DNA of 62,262 nt, the filler included, from Ionaspis alba (taxonomy: Eukaryota), in NCBI GenBank assembly GCA_964255285.1. It is 3 parts of 3 records of this genome, joined end to end, with 100 filler letters (N's around TTAATTAATTAA, not from the genome) between each part and the next. Parts side by side here need not be neighbours in the genome. Positions count along the whole stretch, not along the records: positions 1 to 20,724 come from CAXUUL010000240.1; 2 more parts are not named here. One strand, written 5' to 3'. Below the pieces are notes generated by a model. The model was not told the DNA's origin and did no database searches. It saw nothing but the letters and a program-made list of their open reading frames with translations. Both the position numbers and the translations under genes were made by a program. Shown here piece after piece: positions 1 through 12,899 of the stretch (the first letter of the stretch is position 1; every line of letters begins with the position of its first letter).

Positions 1-300
1 GACTACTCGAATTGCACAGCACACCCCTACTCGCTACGCTTTCTTTAACTCCTCCAGCTACAAATCACGATTCTCAGCTCCAAACTGCCCTCTTGCCATC
101 TTCTATCGTCAGAGCAAACCACGTGAACAAAGGGAGGATCCCTCTGTGTTGTAGCCTCATTCGCCTCGCGTTGACGTTCATCCCCTCGTGCGACATCCGG
201 TCGTGAAAGTCTCCGCCCGCCGCCCTCTCGTGAGTAACATACCTCGAGCAGTGCTAGTCGCATTCCTCAGCTCACTGTTAGGGCGACTCTCGAATTGATC

Positions 301-710
301 ATGCCTGCCGCTTACGAGATTCGGGCCGGAGGAGACGTCAAGAACAAGAAGCAATCCATGGCTGACCTCAAGCTGCGTCGTCTGAATGAGGTCAATTTGC
401 GCCTCAGAGAGGATCTGGAACGACCGCGCATCAGAGTCTCGGAAGCCGCCAACAGGTTCGCACACCGGAGTACCCATACTCTTTGTTTGTCTAGCTAACT
501 GAATTCCCTTTATAAGTCTCATTAATTATTGCAACTCAACCAGAGACTTTATGGTACCCTCACTTTGGGGTCAGGTAAGCAAAGATATCGACCTCTGTAC
601 CATCACTTGGATGGCCAGTTTTGTCACTGACGTTTCTTTGTACGCAGGTGGAAAAGCGAGAGGATCCTTACGCTCCCCAACCAAATGGTGGTTGCTGTGC
701 GGTGATGTAA
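301..710 (+). CDS. gpgA: Heterotrimeric G-protein gamma subunit (3 exons: 301-455, 517-574, 648-710)
   Basis: Spliced translation MPAAYEIR...[75 protein letters not shown]. Both introns are GT-AG with CTAAC/CTGAC branch points, and the C-terminal CCAVM is a prenylation box typical of fungal Ggamma. Confidence 0.95.
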
Positions 711-1302
711 ACTGGGCTGGCCTTTCATTGCTTCCATCAGATAACCAGCACGGCGTTCAACGGGCTACCCATCTACGCCACCGCCGGCTCGTCTTCCTCT
801 GCCTTCTCCTCCTTCTCTTCCTCCTCGACAGGAACTTTTGCCATCGCCGAGCTTCATGGCTACCTACGACTCTTTGCTAGTGTTGAGCGCAGAAGGGAGG
901 GAATATTAAATGCTCCTGCTTGTTTCCTCGACTTCTCTTTCTTCTTTCTTGTTCGTCTGGATGAGTTCATGTCTACAATACAGTAGCGGATAATTGCTGG
1001 CAATCTGAGAAGCGAATCACCTCGGTTTGCTCTGTCTCTGGGTGGCTCTTTGGTGGGCATTTTCTTCATGCCTGAGCGGACATCATTTGGTGCAATACCT
1101 GCCAGTAGGGTCACCTTTTCCCTCGATTTTCAAGAGAAGATACAAGGGATGTGTCTAATTCTGTAGTAAATGCGGTCAAACGGATTTTGCCCCACTGTTT
1201 CTGATAAAGCTACCGATGGTCGGAGTGGGCAATTTCGTGTTTCGACCGCATGTGCATGATATCAATTTGGCGAGGTCTGATCGGATTGGGAGATGGAGTC
1301 CC

Positions 1303-2311
1303 TCACCCGCAGTTGTCGCATACAGAGCTGTCAAGACTCTTCTGATGTGCAGCTTTCGTGCTCTCATGGTCTCCGCCCTCGCTCTCCCGAACTTCTCCTT
1401 TGTCGTCTTGATTCCCCCCCGCATTCTCACCTTCCCTCCAAGCATTACTCTCTGCAGAGTCGACCGTCTTCTTCCCATCAATATGCCCTAGGTCCCTCCC
1501 AGGTTCAATGACATCCCGGACTCTCTTCTTCAGTTCCTTCGTTTCTACGCTACGATCAGCTTATGGTTCCAACAACGAAGAGGCATATTTCAATTCAGCC
1601 GACGAATTTTCACCCCAACCTATTGGGTGTCATAGGGGTCACGAAAGCCACCTACCAGGGAAACCTCCATCGACCGTGCGATCCCATAGCTGCGTCTTTG
1701 ATACTCTGACTCTCTCTATCTTCTGATTTTCAACTGCGCTTTCCTCTCCAGGTTCTTCGTATGCAAGGCCACTTTGCAATCCCGCCTCTGACTTAGTAGC
1801 GAGCTCTCGCTGCAGCCCATGAAAAATGTCGATGACGAATTCAGCACCCTCCCCAGCTGGCACGAGCGCTATCTCCCCGATAGCGGTCGAAAAAGTAGAC
1901 AGTAGCTCTTGAGCGAGCTTTGAGATATTGTCAGTGAAGATTGATGTCAAGGGTCATAGTAATAGAGTGTACTATGTAATTTACAGAAATCCATCTTGTA
2001 CTGGTTGGCTGCACACAACAAGGCAAAAAGCTCATGGAACGCGGACATTGTAGCCGCAGCAGTCGTACTGGTGAGAGAATACAGTGACATGATCAGGACA
2101 AACCAAGGGGATCATGCTAGAGTAGGCGACGGGGAATTTGACACATACAAAGTGAAGAGAAATTAAGATTTTAGGCCGAGGGTATAGCTCTTACATATGC
2201 AGCTCGAAGCATCCATTTACATCGAGTACAGTAACGAATAGTGATGCGTGGAAGGTTTACGGGACCCAGAGTATCTGGACAAGTCTCCGTCGAGGGCTGA
2301 ACAGCTGTCAT
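1303..2311 (-). CDS. Rdx family (SelT/SelW/SelH-like) thioredoxin-fold protein, Cys form (exons 2311-2195, 1917-1656, 1544-1303)
   Basis: Spliced translation has PRITIRYCTRCKWMLRAAY|LAQELLSTF...LWDRTVDGGFP|ETKELKKRVRDVIEPGRDLGHID, the Rdx-family signature with CxxC. It ends SVCDNCG*. Confidence 0.9.
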
Positions 2312-2725
2312 GACGAACCTAGAACGGTGGCAAGAATACGGTATACTTGTCCTCGAGACGAAGGGTCACAGCGATGACGACAAGTATCTTGGCCTCGAGC
2401 CAGGCCCAATAATACTCGGCATTACTGGACGCACCAGATTCATTTACGTATTAGTAAGCTCCTGCATCGCAAGAAGGGCATTCCCTCCATCGAATCCTGC
2501 TAGCTACCCTACGGTATCGAACATCAACGATTCATGTCGAAAATTATGACCAATCCCTAGCGTCCAGCTCACATAGATTAAACGTAGGAAAAACATTCAT
2601 AATAAACATAAGAGTACAAACAATGCTAGGGTATCTGGGATTCCACACACAGAAGGTGACACGCAAGAGTACGCCAGAGAGTAAAAGATGCCGCCTGCTG
2701 ATTGCCCGAGTTCCATGACTACTTT

Positions 2726-5700
2726 TCAAGGACTTGCTGGCTTCTTGTTGATCCAATGCTCAAAACGCTTCAAGAAAGACGATGTCTTCTTCCGCACCAC
2801 CCTCTCTCCTCCAACATGACCATTCGAAGCCGGTACGAGCGTTTTCACATCGTTCGCTGTCTCAACACCAGAACCAACTCCAATTCCGATATGATGTCCA
2901 CTTCCCGGCCGCTCCGTATCAACCATTTCTGGGAGGCTAGACCTACCATCATCGCCCGTCCCTGCATCAGAGCCATCAGTCAAGAAACTCGTGGCCTGCG
3001 TCTCCGTGGGAGAAGTGGCATTGAAATGACTAGACAGTGTCTGTGCACCACTAGTAGCATTAGAGTAGCGATCGGAATTAGACGGAGCAGAGTATCGACC
3101 CGATGATGGTTGAGTCGAGTGACGGTTTGAAAGAGGGCGCGAAAAATGCGGAGCACCACTATGAAACGACGCAGAAGATCCGTTTTCCACGTCGCTGCCT
3201 TTATCCCCACGATGAGATCGACCTCCATTCCCACCGGCACTACCAGTATAAATGGAGTTGTTCCCATGACGGCCAATCTCGGTATGGGAAACGGCGCCTG
3301 GTCGCGAAGAATTAGAAGCGTTAGGTAAAGTGTCTATTGAAGCTGGACGAGCTGGCTGGACATTCTCATGTGATACTGTCTCCCGCTCGACAGGGCTAAG
3401 ACCAACGCCTAGCTTGATCTGACTGGGCACGGTATTGCTGGATCGTCTTGTCGAGACAACAGGGCGCAGGATGTCAGCTGCTGGGAGGGCGCTGGAAGAG
3501 CGACGCGATTCAGAGTCTCTACTCTGAAATGCCGCCGAACCAGAACTTGCGATTGGCTCTGGGGCTTGACTAAGTATGTTAGGGAAAGCCGGCGCTGGCC
3601 AATCTGTTTCGGCATAGCTGTTGCGACCTAAATCTAGTAGTGCAGAAGTGCTACAACTTTGGCGCTCAAGAGTCTGCTGCGAGGTGCTCATAGGGATGTT
3701 CGCTGGAAGTACGGGGTCAGATCCGGACGCCGGCAGCCCTTCGGGATGGGAGAACTCTGGCGAGGCACCATAAAGACGATTTGGGCTACCGGACCGTGGA
3801 GATTGAAACCCTTCCGAACGGAATTCCTCGACCCCAGAAGTTGCCCCTTCTTTCGCCTTTGCTTCTTCAATTTTAGCTTTCCAAACCTGCTGGTTAGCCT
3901 TGATCTCGTCGACTGCAAATTGCATGCCGGGCAGTATATCCGTGACTGCTTCGAATAGGGGACATGCAAATATGTTCATGAAGCCAATCTGAGAATTCGC
4001 GAGCTTGGTGATGTTTCCTATCTCAGGTGGTCCGCCAAATAGCGTAGTCGGTATTCCTAGTTTCCTTTCCATATCACCCTGACGTGCAAACTCGTCCTGG
4101 AGAATCTTGGTCCATTTTGCGGCAATGTTGAAGGGCCGCGCCTGGTCCATATTAGCAGGCACTAATTCCTCATTTACAGGTAGAGCATACCACGTTGCTG
4201 ATATCGGCACATTTGATCAGGAGGCCACAAGTGAGGGACTTGTAGTCTTCGAGCACAGCGACACTCCATCCATCGGTTCCTTTGTTGTGATAGAGTTTAT
4301 CTTGGAGATTGCCCAGGTCTGTCATATATTTGAAATGTACCCCCATGTCCGTAGCCAATATCGACTTGATCAGTAGCTGGCGCAGGAGAGTATCCTCAAA
4401 TGCTACATTCCAGTATCGCCGGAGGATCTGCGAGTATGCGGCACAATGGAAAGCTTCGAGGACCGAGTTGTCATTGTATAACTGTGCTAATGGAGCCTTC
4501 AGGGCTACCAAAAACGCATTGTTCACGCCGGGATGCCCAACATCGTGACCAATCGCGGAGATAAGGAGTGTTAGGGCATCGAAAGGGGTTAGTAAGGAAG
4601 CGATAGGAGATTTGGGTTTTCTCGAACATGCGATAGTTGCTTTGGTCGGGTACGGCGGTAGAGTTCCGATCTGGAGAAGGAAGTAAAAGACTGCTTGCAA
4701 TACATCGACCACATGCCGGAAATTATGATACAGCACAAAGCCATTATATGCAGCTCTGCATGCCACCAGGAAGTTTTTAAGCTCGTCTGCAGAAGTCCCA
4801 TCAGCGGACGGGTCCTTGCATTTGCTTATGACCGCATTCTCATCACGAGGTTCTTACCTGCGGGCATCCGCCATTTTTTAAGCTCGGGCAGCCGTAACAC
4901 ATGATTAAGCATCAGGAAAGCCGCATGAACCAACTCGTTGTCATCAAAAGCATGTGCCGAGAAGTCCCATCGGGCCACTGCCTGAGTGATGGTATCTTCT
5001 TTACGTGGATCGATGGAATACAATGTTCTGGGCAAGTCAGCGATACCAGGAGCAGAACACAATTTAGGGACAGATACCACAACACCATACCTCGAATGAT
5101 ATGAGTGCAGTGTAGTCTCCGGCTTGCAAATACTTGTCATAAGGTTCTCGACCCTAGCCATGCTTGTAAGTGATAGAAATACAGGGAAGGCCAAATGTCT
5201 TGAGCTGGAGGCTGGCCGTCACCGCAGAAGAGGAAGTCATGTCATTGGTAGCAACTTACATTGCTTCCCGCAAAACGGCATTCTCTTCATCTTCTAATCC
5301 CACCCACGATCTTTTTCTTTTCGCGAGTAGTGCTCGATCGTTGGAGGCGTCTTTATGTGCTCGATAGACATGCGCTACCAGAGCACTGACGCGATCATCG
5401 ACAAGCGGGCTAGTCAAAACGTCCAAGGCACCTGCTTCAAGGTACCTCATCCTGCGTCTATGGTCAATTGGAGAGTGGGGTCCGTTGACTCGGACATCCA
5501 TGGGTATCCTGAGACCAGAACGGTCATCGCGGGTGAAGCTGACTGTGCCTGGACGTGGTTCTCGGCCGGATGAAGTAGGGTGGTTCGCAGCTAGTTGGCT
5601 CTCCCAGTTATGTGTCATTGCGATGGGCACAACCAGCTTTGACAGCTCCCCCGTCGACATTTTGGATACCACATGTTCTAAGAGCCTAAGACTGTAGATG

Positions 5701-6165
5701 TCTGCAGTGATTTCTGATTCCTCTTCCGGCTCTGAATTTGAGAAGGGTTCATAGGGGGAAGATGGGGACGGGGTTGAGCGCTCTCTTTGATGTGTTCGGA
5801 CGTCGAGTTCTGTAAACACCTCAATGATAAGGAGTGTTGGTTTGCAATCCAGTCGGCTGGATTCATCAAGCTCTAGAAGCTTTGCCAGGCATGACGGCCC
5901 CGACAAGCAAATGTGCACTGTAGACCCTTAGCTCTGCTAATATCTATCTTCACAGGTACAAATCAGTGCGCTGATAACAGACAGCCTACGTACCTCCATC
6001 AAAGGATCGCAGGACAACATTCAAATTCTCCCTGACTTCTTGGATTTCTTGGCCGTGTCCCACCGAGGATGGTATGGAAGGCAAGGCGAACGATTCGTGG
6101 TTCTCGTACCTCTCCCTAGTAGCTCGCTTGTCTACGTACACGACATGGCAAGTTGCAGGATCCAT
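2726..6165 (-). CDS. PDE2: High-affinity 3',5'-cAMP phosphodiesterase (class I, PdeH/Pde2), multi-exon
   Basis: Catalytic motifs YHNFRHVVDV, AIGHDVGHPGVNN, SVLEAFH, ILATDM, LIKCADISNV and EFARQG are present. Start is MDPATCHVVYVDK at 6165. Introns join ORFs 5256-5918, 4826-5194, 4170-4766 and 2726-4210, and a 5'-UTR intron lies at about 6179-6245. Confidence 0.95.
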
Positions 6166-9123
6166 GACCGCAGGTAGCCTGGTTGGAGAGTTAGGAATCT
6201 AAATAGCATTACTATGGGCCCCCTCCGTGGATATTCCCTACTTACCAACGCTTTACGCGACTGGGCTGATCTGAGGAGTGGTCAGACAAAAGATGCGTAG
6301 ATCTAACACAGATTGTTGACTCTTCAACCCTTGACAATTTTCACAACGAGTGGTCTAAGTAACAGTACACAATTCTGGGCTGGTCAATTAGGTTCATGGA
6401 CGACAAAAACGGTGAAAATCACAAGAGATCTTCCTGTAATTAGCGTGACGTGGGTCGGTGCCTGAGGGGATCGGAGACGTAGAACCCTAATGGTCAAAGA
6501 AATTCTGGCTCTCGCAACTGTCCTCAGTCCCAGAGCCCGCCACTGCTCTTTCTAGCCTAAGCACAGCAAACTCATAATAGCTATCCGAAGGGAAGGCCGA
6601 CGAGAGACAGGAGCTTCGGTGAGATCCTTTCCACTGGGGGACAGTCCTTGACTTTTTGTGCGATAGAGAGTGCTTCGCGATTGATGGCAAATATGAAGTT
6701 ACGGTACAGTCGCTGTTGGTTCTCCAGAACCGTACAGAACCTATGGGGTTTCTTCGAGCTGAGTACTGTGTCGTCGGTATATGCTGAAGCGGATCTTGGA
6801 AACAACAAAAGCCCCCCAGAACAATATGTGCAGCTGGTCAGAGATCCAGACAAATATTACCGACAACAACCACAATACGGGACGGATTTGCTCAACAGTA
6901 CAAGAGCCCGCCTAGTGCAAATTCGCATTCGCCCAGTATTTTCGCTCTTTCCAGCAGGTGTAATGCCACTCCTCGACCAGTCTGGAGCTCGTGGAGACTA
7001 TCGATTGTTCACAATTATTGTTCCGAGCGGCGCCAGCGTCGCGAATTCAACAGGTCCAAGTCTATGCGCAACATCGAAGACGGTGCAACGAAGGGAAGTT
7101 GGGAGATGTGGTTGGCGATGGCTCGGAGCGCAGAAGTCGTGCCGGATGGCAATTGCCAACGAGGAGCAAGTACAACGCCAAAGCGCGAGTGAATATTGAC
7201 AATGGCGCTGGCGTCGCGGTGCGTAAACGGAGGCAGACGCAGAAAGTGGTTAAACCGAGTACTTGTTGGCAGAAACTCGAGAGTGAGGAGAGAAGGTCGT
7301 TGATAAGAGGGTCTTGGAGGTGTCAGGCCAGCAGGAAGAGAGCGGCTTTGGCCTGTGGATGTGCGGAATCCGGCAGGGAAGGAAGGAGGCACAAGTGGCT
7401 GCACTGGCGTTCTTCCAGAAAGGCTCGAAGGAAGGCCATTGTCTGTCTCCCCGGGGTCCCCTCTCGAAGCCTCCCCCACACCTAGACATCTTGTTGGCTG
7501 GGTGGTCGTTATTGGCCGGCTGAAACAGATGGCCGTGGCGTTAGAGCAGAAGTGGGATAGCGGTGGAACGATGGAAGAGCCGAGGAATGTCGCCACAAAC
7601 AACAAGTGGCCATCAGTGTAATACTGTTACCGACCCTCTTCTTGCAAGTCTACAACGACTCTGTCTGTCGGCATTGTCCCTTCTGCGTTGTCCGTTCTCT
7701 GCATCTCGTTTGCTCAGCAAGTCTTCATGAGAGTCTCTGCTCCAGTTTCAGGGTTGTCGTTAGGTCCGACGTCCGAGTATCATCAGGAATCTTCATCAAC
7801 TGTGCGGTCTTCGCTCACCTGCCAGCTGAACTTGTTTCAGAAGGATGTATGAATGCATTACAACGTCCCTCTGCCAAGCTCCGCGACCTTCGGTGTGGTC
7901 CAGAGCTGCTCAGTTTTTCTCAGCGTCGACCAGACACTACTGCTCGGTAATCCTCTTTGTTCTTCGGCGAGGCTTCTTAGGGACCGTTCCGTTAACTCCC
8001 AAACTCCTGCAGATCGCACCTCACGAGTTCATGGTACTCCCGAGACGAAAAACTAATTCTCCTCGCTCGAGGATGCAAGACCTATTCAATCTCCAGGTTC
8101 TAAAGGTTGAGAACATAGTTCTTCCCGCATGTAGATATTAGGCATCCTGAGCGCTTCTTACGAGTTTTTGATCTTCATCATGCTGTGAGACTAACTTGAA
8201 GGTTGTCCTTTAATAATGACCCTTATTCTTCTATCCATAGCTGTATCAAGCATCTGAATGTTCTGGCGTACCTGCTTGATATGCGTTACTTCTGCCCTAA
8301 AAAGTCCTTCTACCTCTCTATAGGGTCAGCCACAACCGTATGCTAACGGTGGCGTTCAACATCGGTTCGGCCAGTGCATGTAGCCGACTGTCATTGATAC
8401 AGTATGGTTAGACTTTACGCTTGAGAGTTTGTCTTCGAAAGACGCCGAGAGCAGGAAAAGTGTGCCTTCCTTGACGAATCACCCTTCACTGATAGTGCCA
8501 AAATAATCATCCACTGAGCAAACTCATTTGCGCATGATGTGCTGTTTCTTGGACGGTGCCTTGGATGCTATCCCTATGGCTGGTCTCGCCGGCTGCGCAG
8601 ACTCATTCCGGGTATGTATATCTTGCGTTCAAGGCTTGGCCACGATTTACAGTACAAAGTGCTCGACGCAGGTCCTACGGCTCGAGCATAAATGAGAAAA
8701 CCACATGAGTCAAAAATTTCATTTCCTAGCATAGAATACCATCTTCGATCGACGGAACACATTGCCCTAGCTTCGCCGTAAATTGCCAACTGCCACCACC
8801 ACCACCACCCCAATCGACAAACATCCTTCGCCAAACGCCGGCAACGGACCGAGCACAGGAGCAACATTTTCCTTCCATTTCCGATCCTACAGCTCGCACA
8901 ACACTGCTAATCCTTCCAAACATCGCATGAGAGACAAGAAGTGAACAGAACACGTAGGTAGGCTCCTAAGACTTGATGCAGTGACGCAGCCGGCCACTTG
9001 ACTCCGTGCACTCAGGGATTTTCCAAGTTGCCCTCTTGGAGTTGCCCGCAAGCCGTAAGATCCAGGAGCCGTTTCCTAATGTTGTGACACCCTCTGTTAG
9101 AGGCAACTACGTATTAATGCCAA

Positions 9124-11489
9124 TCATAACCTTCGCTCCTTTTGTGGACCGAAGTCCACGTCCACCGGTTTGGGCTTTTCCTTCCTAGGTTCTACCGAAA
9201 ACTCCGCAAACAATGCCAAATGATCGCTTGGAAAATGGAAATTGGGAAATCCGGGAATCCTTTCCAAGTACTCCTCGTCAACGCCACCGAGAAGCCGCTT
9301 TACCCGAAGAAGACTGGAAGAGTGCCATATGTAATCTATGAATCCAGAGAAGCCAGGCGTGTAATTTGTGAATTGAAGGCGTCGCTCGTCGCCAATCTTC
9401 TCGCGGTCTTTGTCATGGTAAGCGGAACTGAGGCCGAAGGGATGGGATATGCCGTCTCGAGTGAAATTACCGTAACTTCGATTGCCCAGATCAGGATGGT
9501 CGCTCGGCACCGAGCCGAGGCTCAACAAGTCGTAAACGCCCGACTCCTCTGAGGAGTTAAAATCACCACAGAGGATCAACGGTATTTGGTATCCTGCAGA
9601 GTATTCCAGTGATGGTCCAGGTTCTACCGGTATATTCTCGATATTCTCACATTCACCCAGGTTGTCTTGCTCCGCGTATCTAAACGCTGCTTTATCGGAG
9701 CATGGCGGAAACGATGCCCACCGCTCTGCAAATTTGGCTGTCTGCTCCATCAGGATCGCGACTTGTACCATCTTGGCGTCCGTGAACACAGGATTCCAGT
9801 AGATGTGGGCATTCGCCACGATCATCCTCGATCCTGTCATGCGGTTTTCGAAAAAGGTTACAACGGCAATGTCGTCCCTCGGCATCACACGATTGAAAAT
9901 ATCGTGCTCGCCTTTCATGTCCGGCCGGTTAATTGCTGTATTTGCGAACTCGATGAGCTGCTTGTCAAGCATGATGTACTTCTGGCATTTGTAAAAAATC
10001 GCACATCCATCCACAAGGCGGGCCTCTCGATCTGCCATCGTGCGAGCCCTGGATTTGGGCCAATGGACGCCTTTGTAATTAGACATGGCGAGTTCCCTAC
10101 GAAAATCATTGTAACATTCCGTGTCGACCTCTTGTAGACAGACAATGTCTGCGTCCCTCTTCTTGATTTCTTCGAGAATGAGATTGCGACGGAAATCCCA
10201 TGTGAGGACTTTGGGCGGAGTGTAACCATAATGAGAGCTAGTGGCATACTTATCACAGAGAATATTATAGTCGAGCACCTTGAACGTCTCGGCGGCTTCC
10301 GAGATATCGACTTCGATTATCTCACGCTCTGGCGGTGGGGCACCCACTGCGAGAAGTCAGTGAATACTGTTGAAGGGTCCGAAAAATGAGACACACCTTC
10401 GGTCCTATCTCTCATGTGCACCACTAGAGCTTTGGTCCCCTGGTGGGCAAGGATCTCCCTGAGATCTTCGTCAAAGGGATTCCCGTCGATTCCCAGGAAG
10501 TCTAGTCTGTGCAAGTGACCAATCTGAAAGGGAACGGTCCGAATATTGTTGTCGAAGAGATCAAGACATTCAAGGTTGACCAACATACCGAGAGACTCCG
10601 GCAGATCCTTTAATTGATTGCGGGATGCATCAACATGACGTAGACTTCTAAGCTGGCCAATAGCATGGGGGAGACTGGAAAGCTTGTTGCTATCAATGAA
10701 GAGCTTCGTAAGGAAAGTGTAATTTTGAAAGAGGCGAGGTGAAAGACTGCGAAGTCCTTGCCCGCTCAAGTCCAGCCCAGTCCAATCCTCCGGATCGTCG
10801 TCGCTAGTGATAGTTGCACGATGTCTCTCTACCGGCTCTCCTTCTTTCTGTGAATCAGATGAGGGAGGCTGAAGACTTCCCTTAGTATGTGATACCGCAC
10901 CAGGCTTCCTACTATGTCGGTGCGTTGGTTGAGCTGCCTGCCGCACTTCTGCCGCACGCTGCTGTTGCTCTGGCCAATACTCTCCGACGAGCTCGCTTAT
11001 ATCTTCGTTGTCCTCGTTCGGGCTTCCATTGTGGAGACCGGTCGAACTGAACGTTGCGGATGGAGTCGACGCGATGCCTCCGGAGAAATTATGCTGATGT
11101 CCCAGCCCTCCTCCGTGCCCTTGATGATTACCGTGATTCTGCTGATGATGGTGGTTTTGTTGACCATGGTGCTGTTGATGAGGTTGGTGTTGATATTTGT
11201 TTGGCATATTCATCTGGATGTAACGTTGATGGCCACTGCCCCCATTCATCATCGCGTGCTGTCCTTGTTGATGCCCTTGACTGAAGATGTTGAAAGAATT
11301 GTGAGATGCAGCTTGGGAGACTGGGGAGCGAGATGGCGATGGAGTGTCATTGTTGTAGCCCGCTCTTCCACCGTTGACGGGGGAGCCATTGCGGGCTAGG
11401 TGACGTGGGTGGTAGACTTGTTGGTTGTGCTGTGGATGATAGAAATTACCGGTCCCGACCTGGTGAAACCGATACTGGCCCTCCGCCAT
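9124..11489 (-). CDS. CCR4: CCR4-NOT deadenylase subunit Ccr4 (Q/H-rich N-terminus, LRRs, EEP nuclease); intron 10396-10347
   Basis: LRR motifs (LDLSGQGLRSL, LFIDSNKLSSLP) and EEP motifs (YNILCDKYAT, DIVCLQEVD, LCGDFNS, FTNYTP, IDYIW, FPSDH). Confidence 0.97.
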
Positions 11490-12899
11490 CTAGCAGAGCG
11501 TAAGAGTATCGATGAAAAGGGGATGGCCAAAGCAATGTTGTGGTCGCTTGCTGGTACTGCTGTCGAGCGAGTGTTTCGGACGTTTTCGCTGGCACATAGG
11601 ACAAAGGCGATTGTAGGCTCATGGGCTGTTCCTAAAAAGACGTGGTGGCTGTCCCGAGTGCTGATTGTCGGAACAAGATAGGCTTCGTGGAACAGAAACT
11701 TTTCTGGAATATCTCTTCAATGACCAGGTACAGCCAAGAGTTCAGCCCTTCGTGGGAAATCCTGATCTCTGTCTTAGGAAAGCTGCTTCCGCTAAGTGGG
11801 CTGGAAAAGGTCCGCAAGCTGGTAATAACGAAGCCTTGAAATGGATCTGCTTGCGCAATTACCCTTCTTACCCAAGATCGCGGTCGGAAATCGAGACCAC
11901 TGGGATGATGTAAGGCCCGGAGATTCGTGAGTTTTTCCTGGCTAGATGTTTGAAAGGTATTCAGCACTTTCTTATGTCTCTTGAGTGACTTAGTCTGTCT
12001 TGTAGATGAATGAGACTACATACATGTACCTGCGCTTCACACAGGTAGTGCTGGCTAGCCTCCTTCAAGATTGGCGAAAGAGTCTATTCTGAAAGCGGAC
12101 ATATAAGCGATATCTAGGGAATCGACTAGACCTTGGTATTGATTTAGATTTCAGCGACCATACCATTTAAGAATAGAACCAGATCAAGATCTGTCGAAAT
12201 CCCAAACCTCTGTTGACTACATGTAGGATAAGTGCGTGCTGTTCGAAACAGTACGCATGGCTAGCATGATTCGGAGAGATTGTCCTCCAGAGGCATTCCT
12301 CAATCCTCCAGTTTCAACCTCAAAGTTTCTATACAGGTGACGAATCTAATCCACAGTATGGTCATCTCCCCAAGCTTCTGCCAAAATCCCTGGTGAAAAT
12401 TTCGCTGTGCTCGGGGTTGTGTTTTGTACCCGCGTATTAAGCTTCGGCTGTAGCTTCTTGAAGCTTCGAATTTCCAGATTCGACAACTGGACCTAAGTCC
12501 TGTGGGGGCACGTTGTATGCAGAATTTGAGTACAGGCAACCTATGGCCTATCATGACTTCTAAGCCAGTCCCTTGTCGGCAAGGAAGGTCTACCGTAGCT
12601 CTCTTCTGGAAGCTTGGTTTGGAGAGTCAAAGCCTTTCGTAGCTCTTCTCGGTCCTGCATTGCCCGAACATGAACTTTCCGACGAGCTATGTCACCAAGC
12701 GGTTATCATCCGCTCCACTCCCCTCGAGACTTGACATCTCGCAGTGTCGGCGTGCAAAATGCCTTCAAGATTTCTATTTCACGTTATGCTCAATGCTCAA
12801 GTACCAAATGGCCATGAAGGTTGAAACTACTCGCAAAACTTGCTGCTAGACGCTACCCACCATTGTGGAATCCCGACTGAATACAGGGACTATTCGACT

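Noticed and set aside
1303..1320. Rdx protein ends CDNCG-TGA, suggesting possible selenocysteine read-through
   Set aside because: The active site is already CxxC, I recognise no SECIS, and Dikarya are not known to encode Sec machinery. TGA is most simply the stop.
301..6165. G-protein gamma and cAMP phosphodiesterase within about 2 kb, suggesting a signalling cluster
   Set aside because: They are convergent housekeeping neighbours with an unrelated gene between them, and the sequence gives no evidence of co-regulation.
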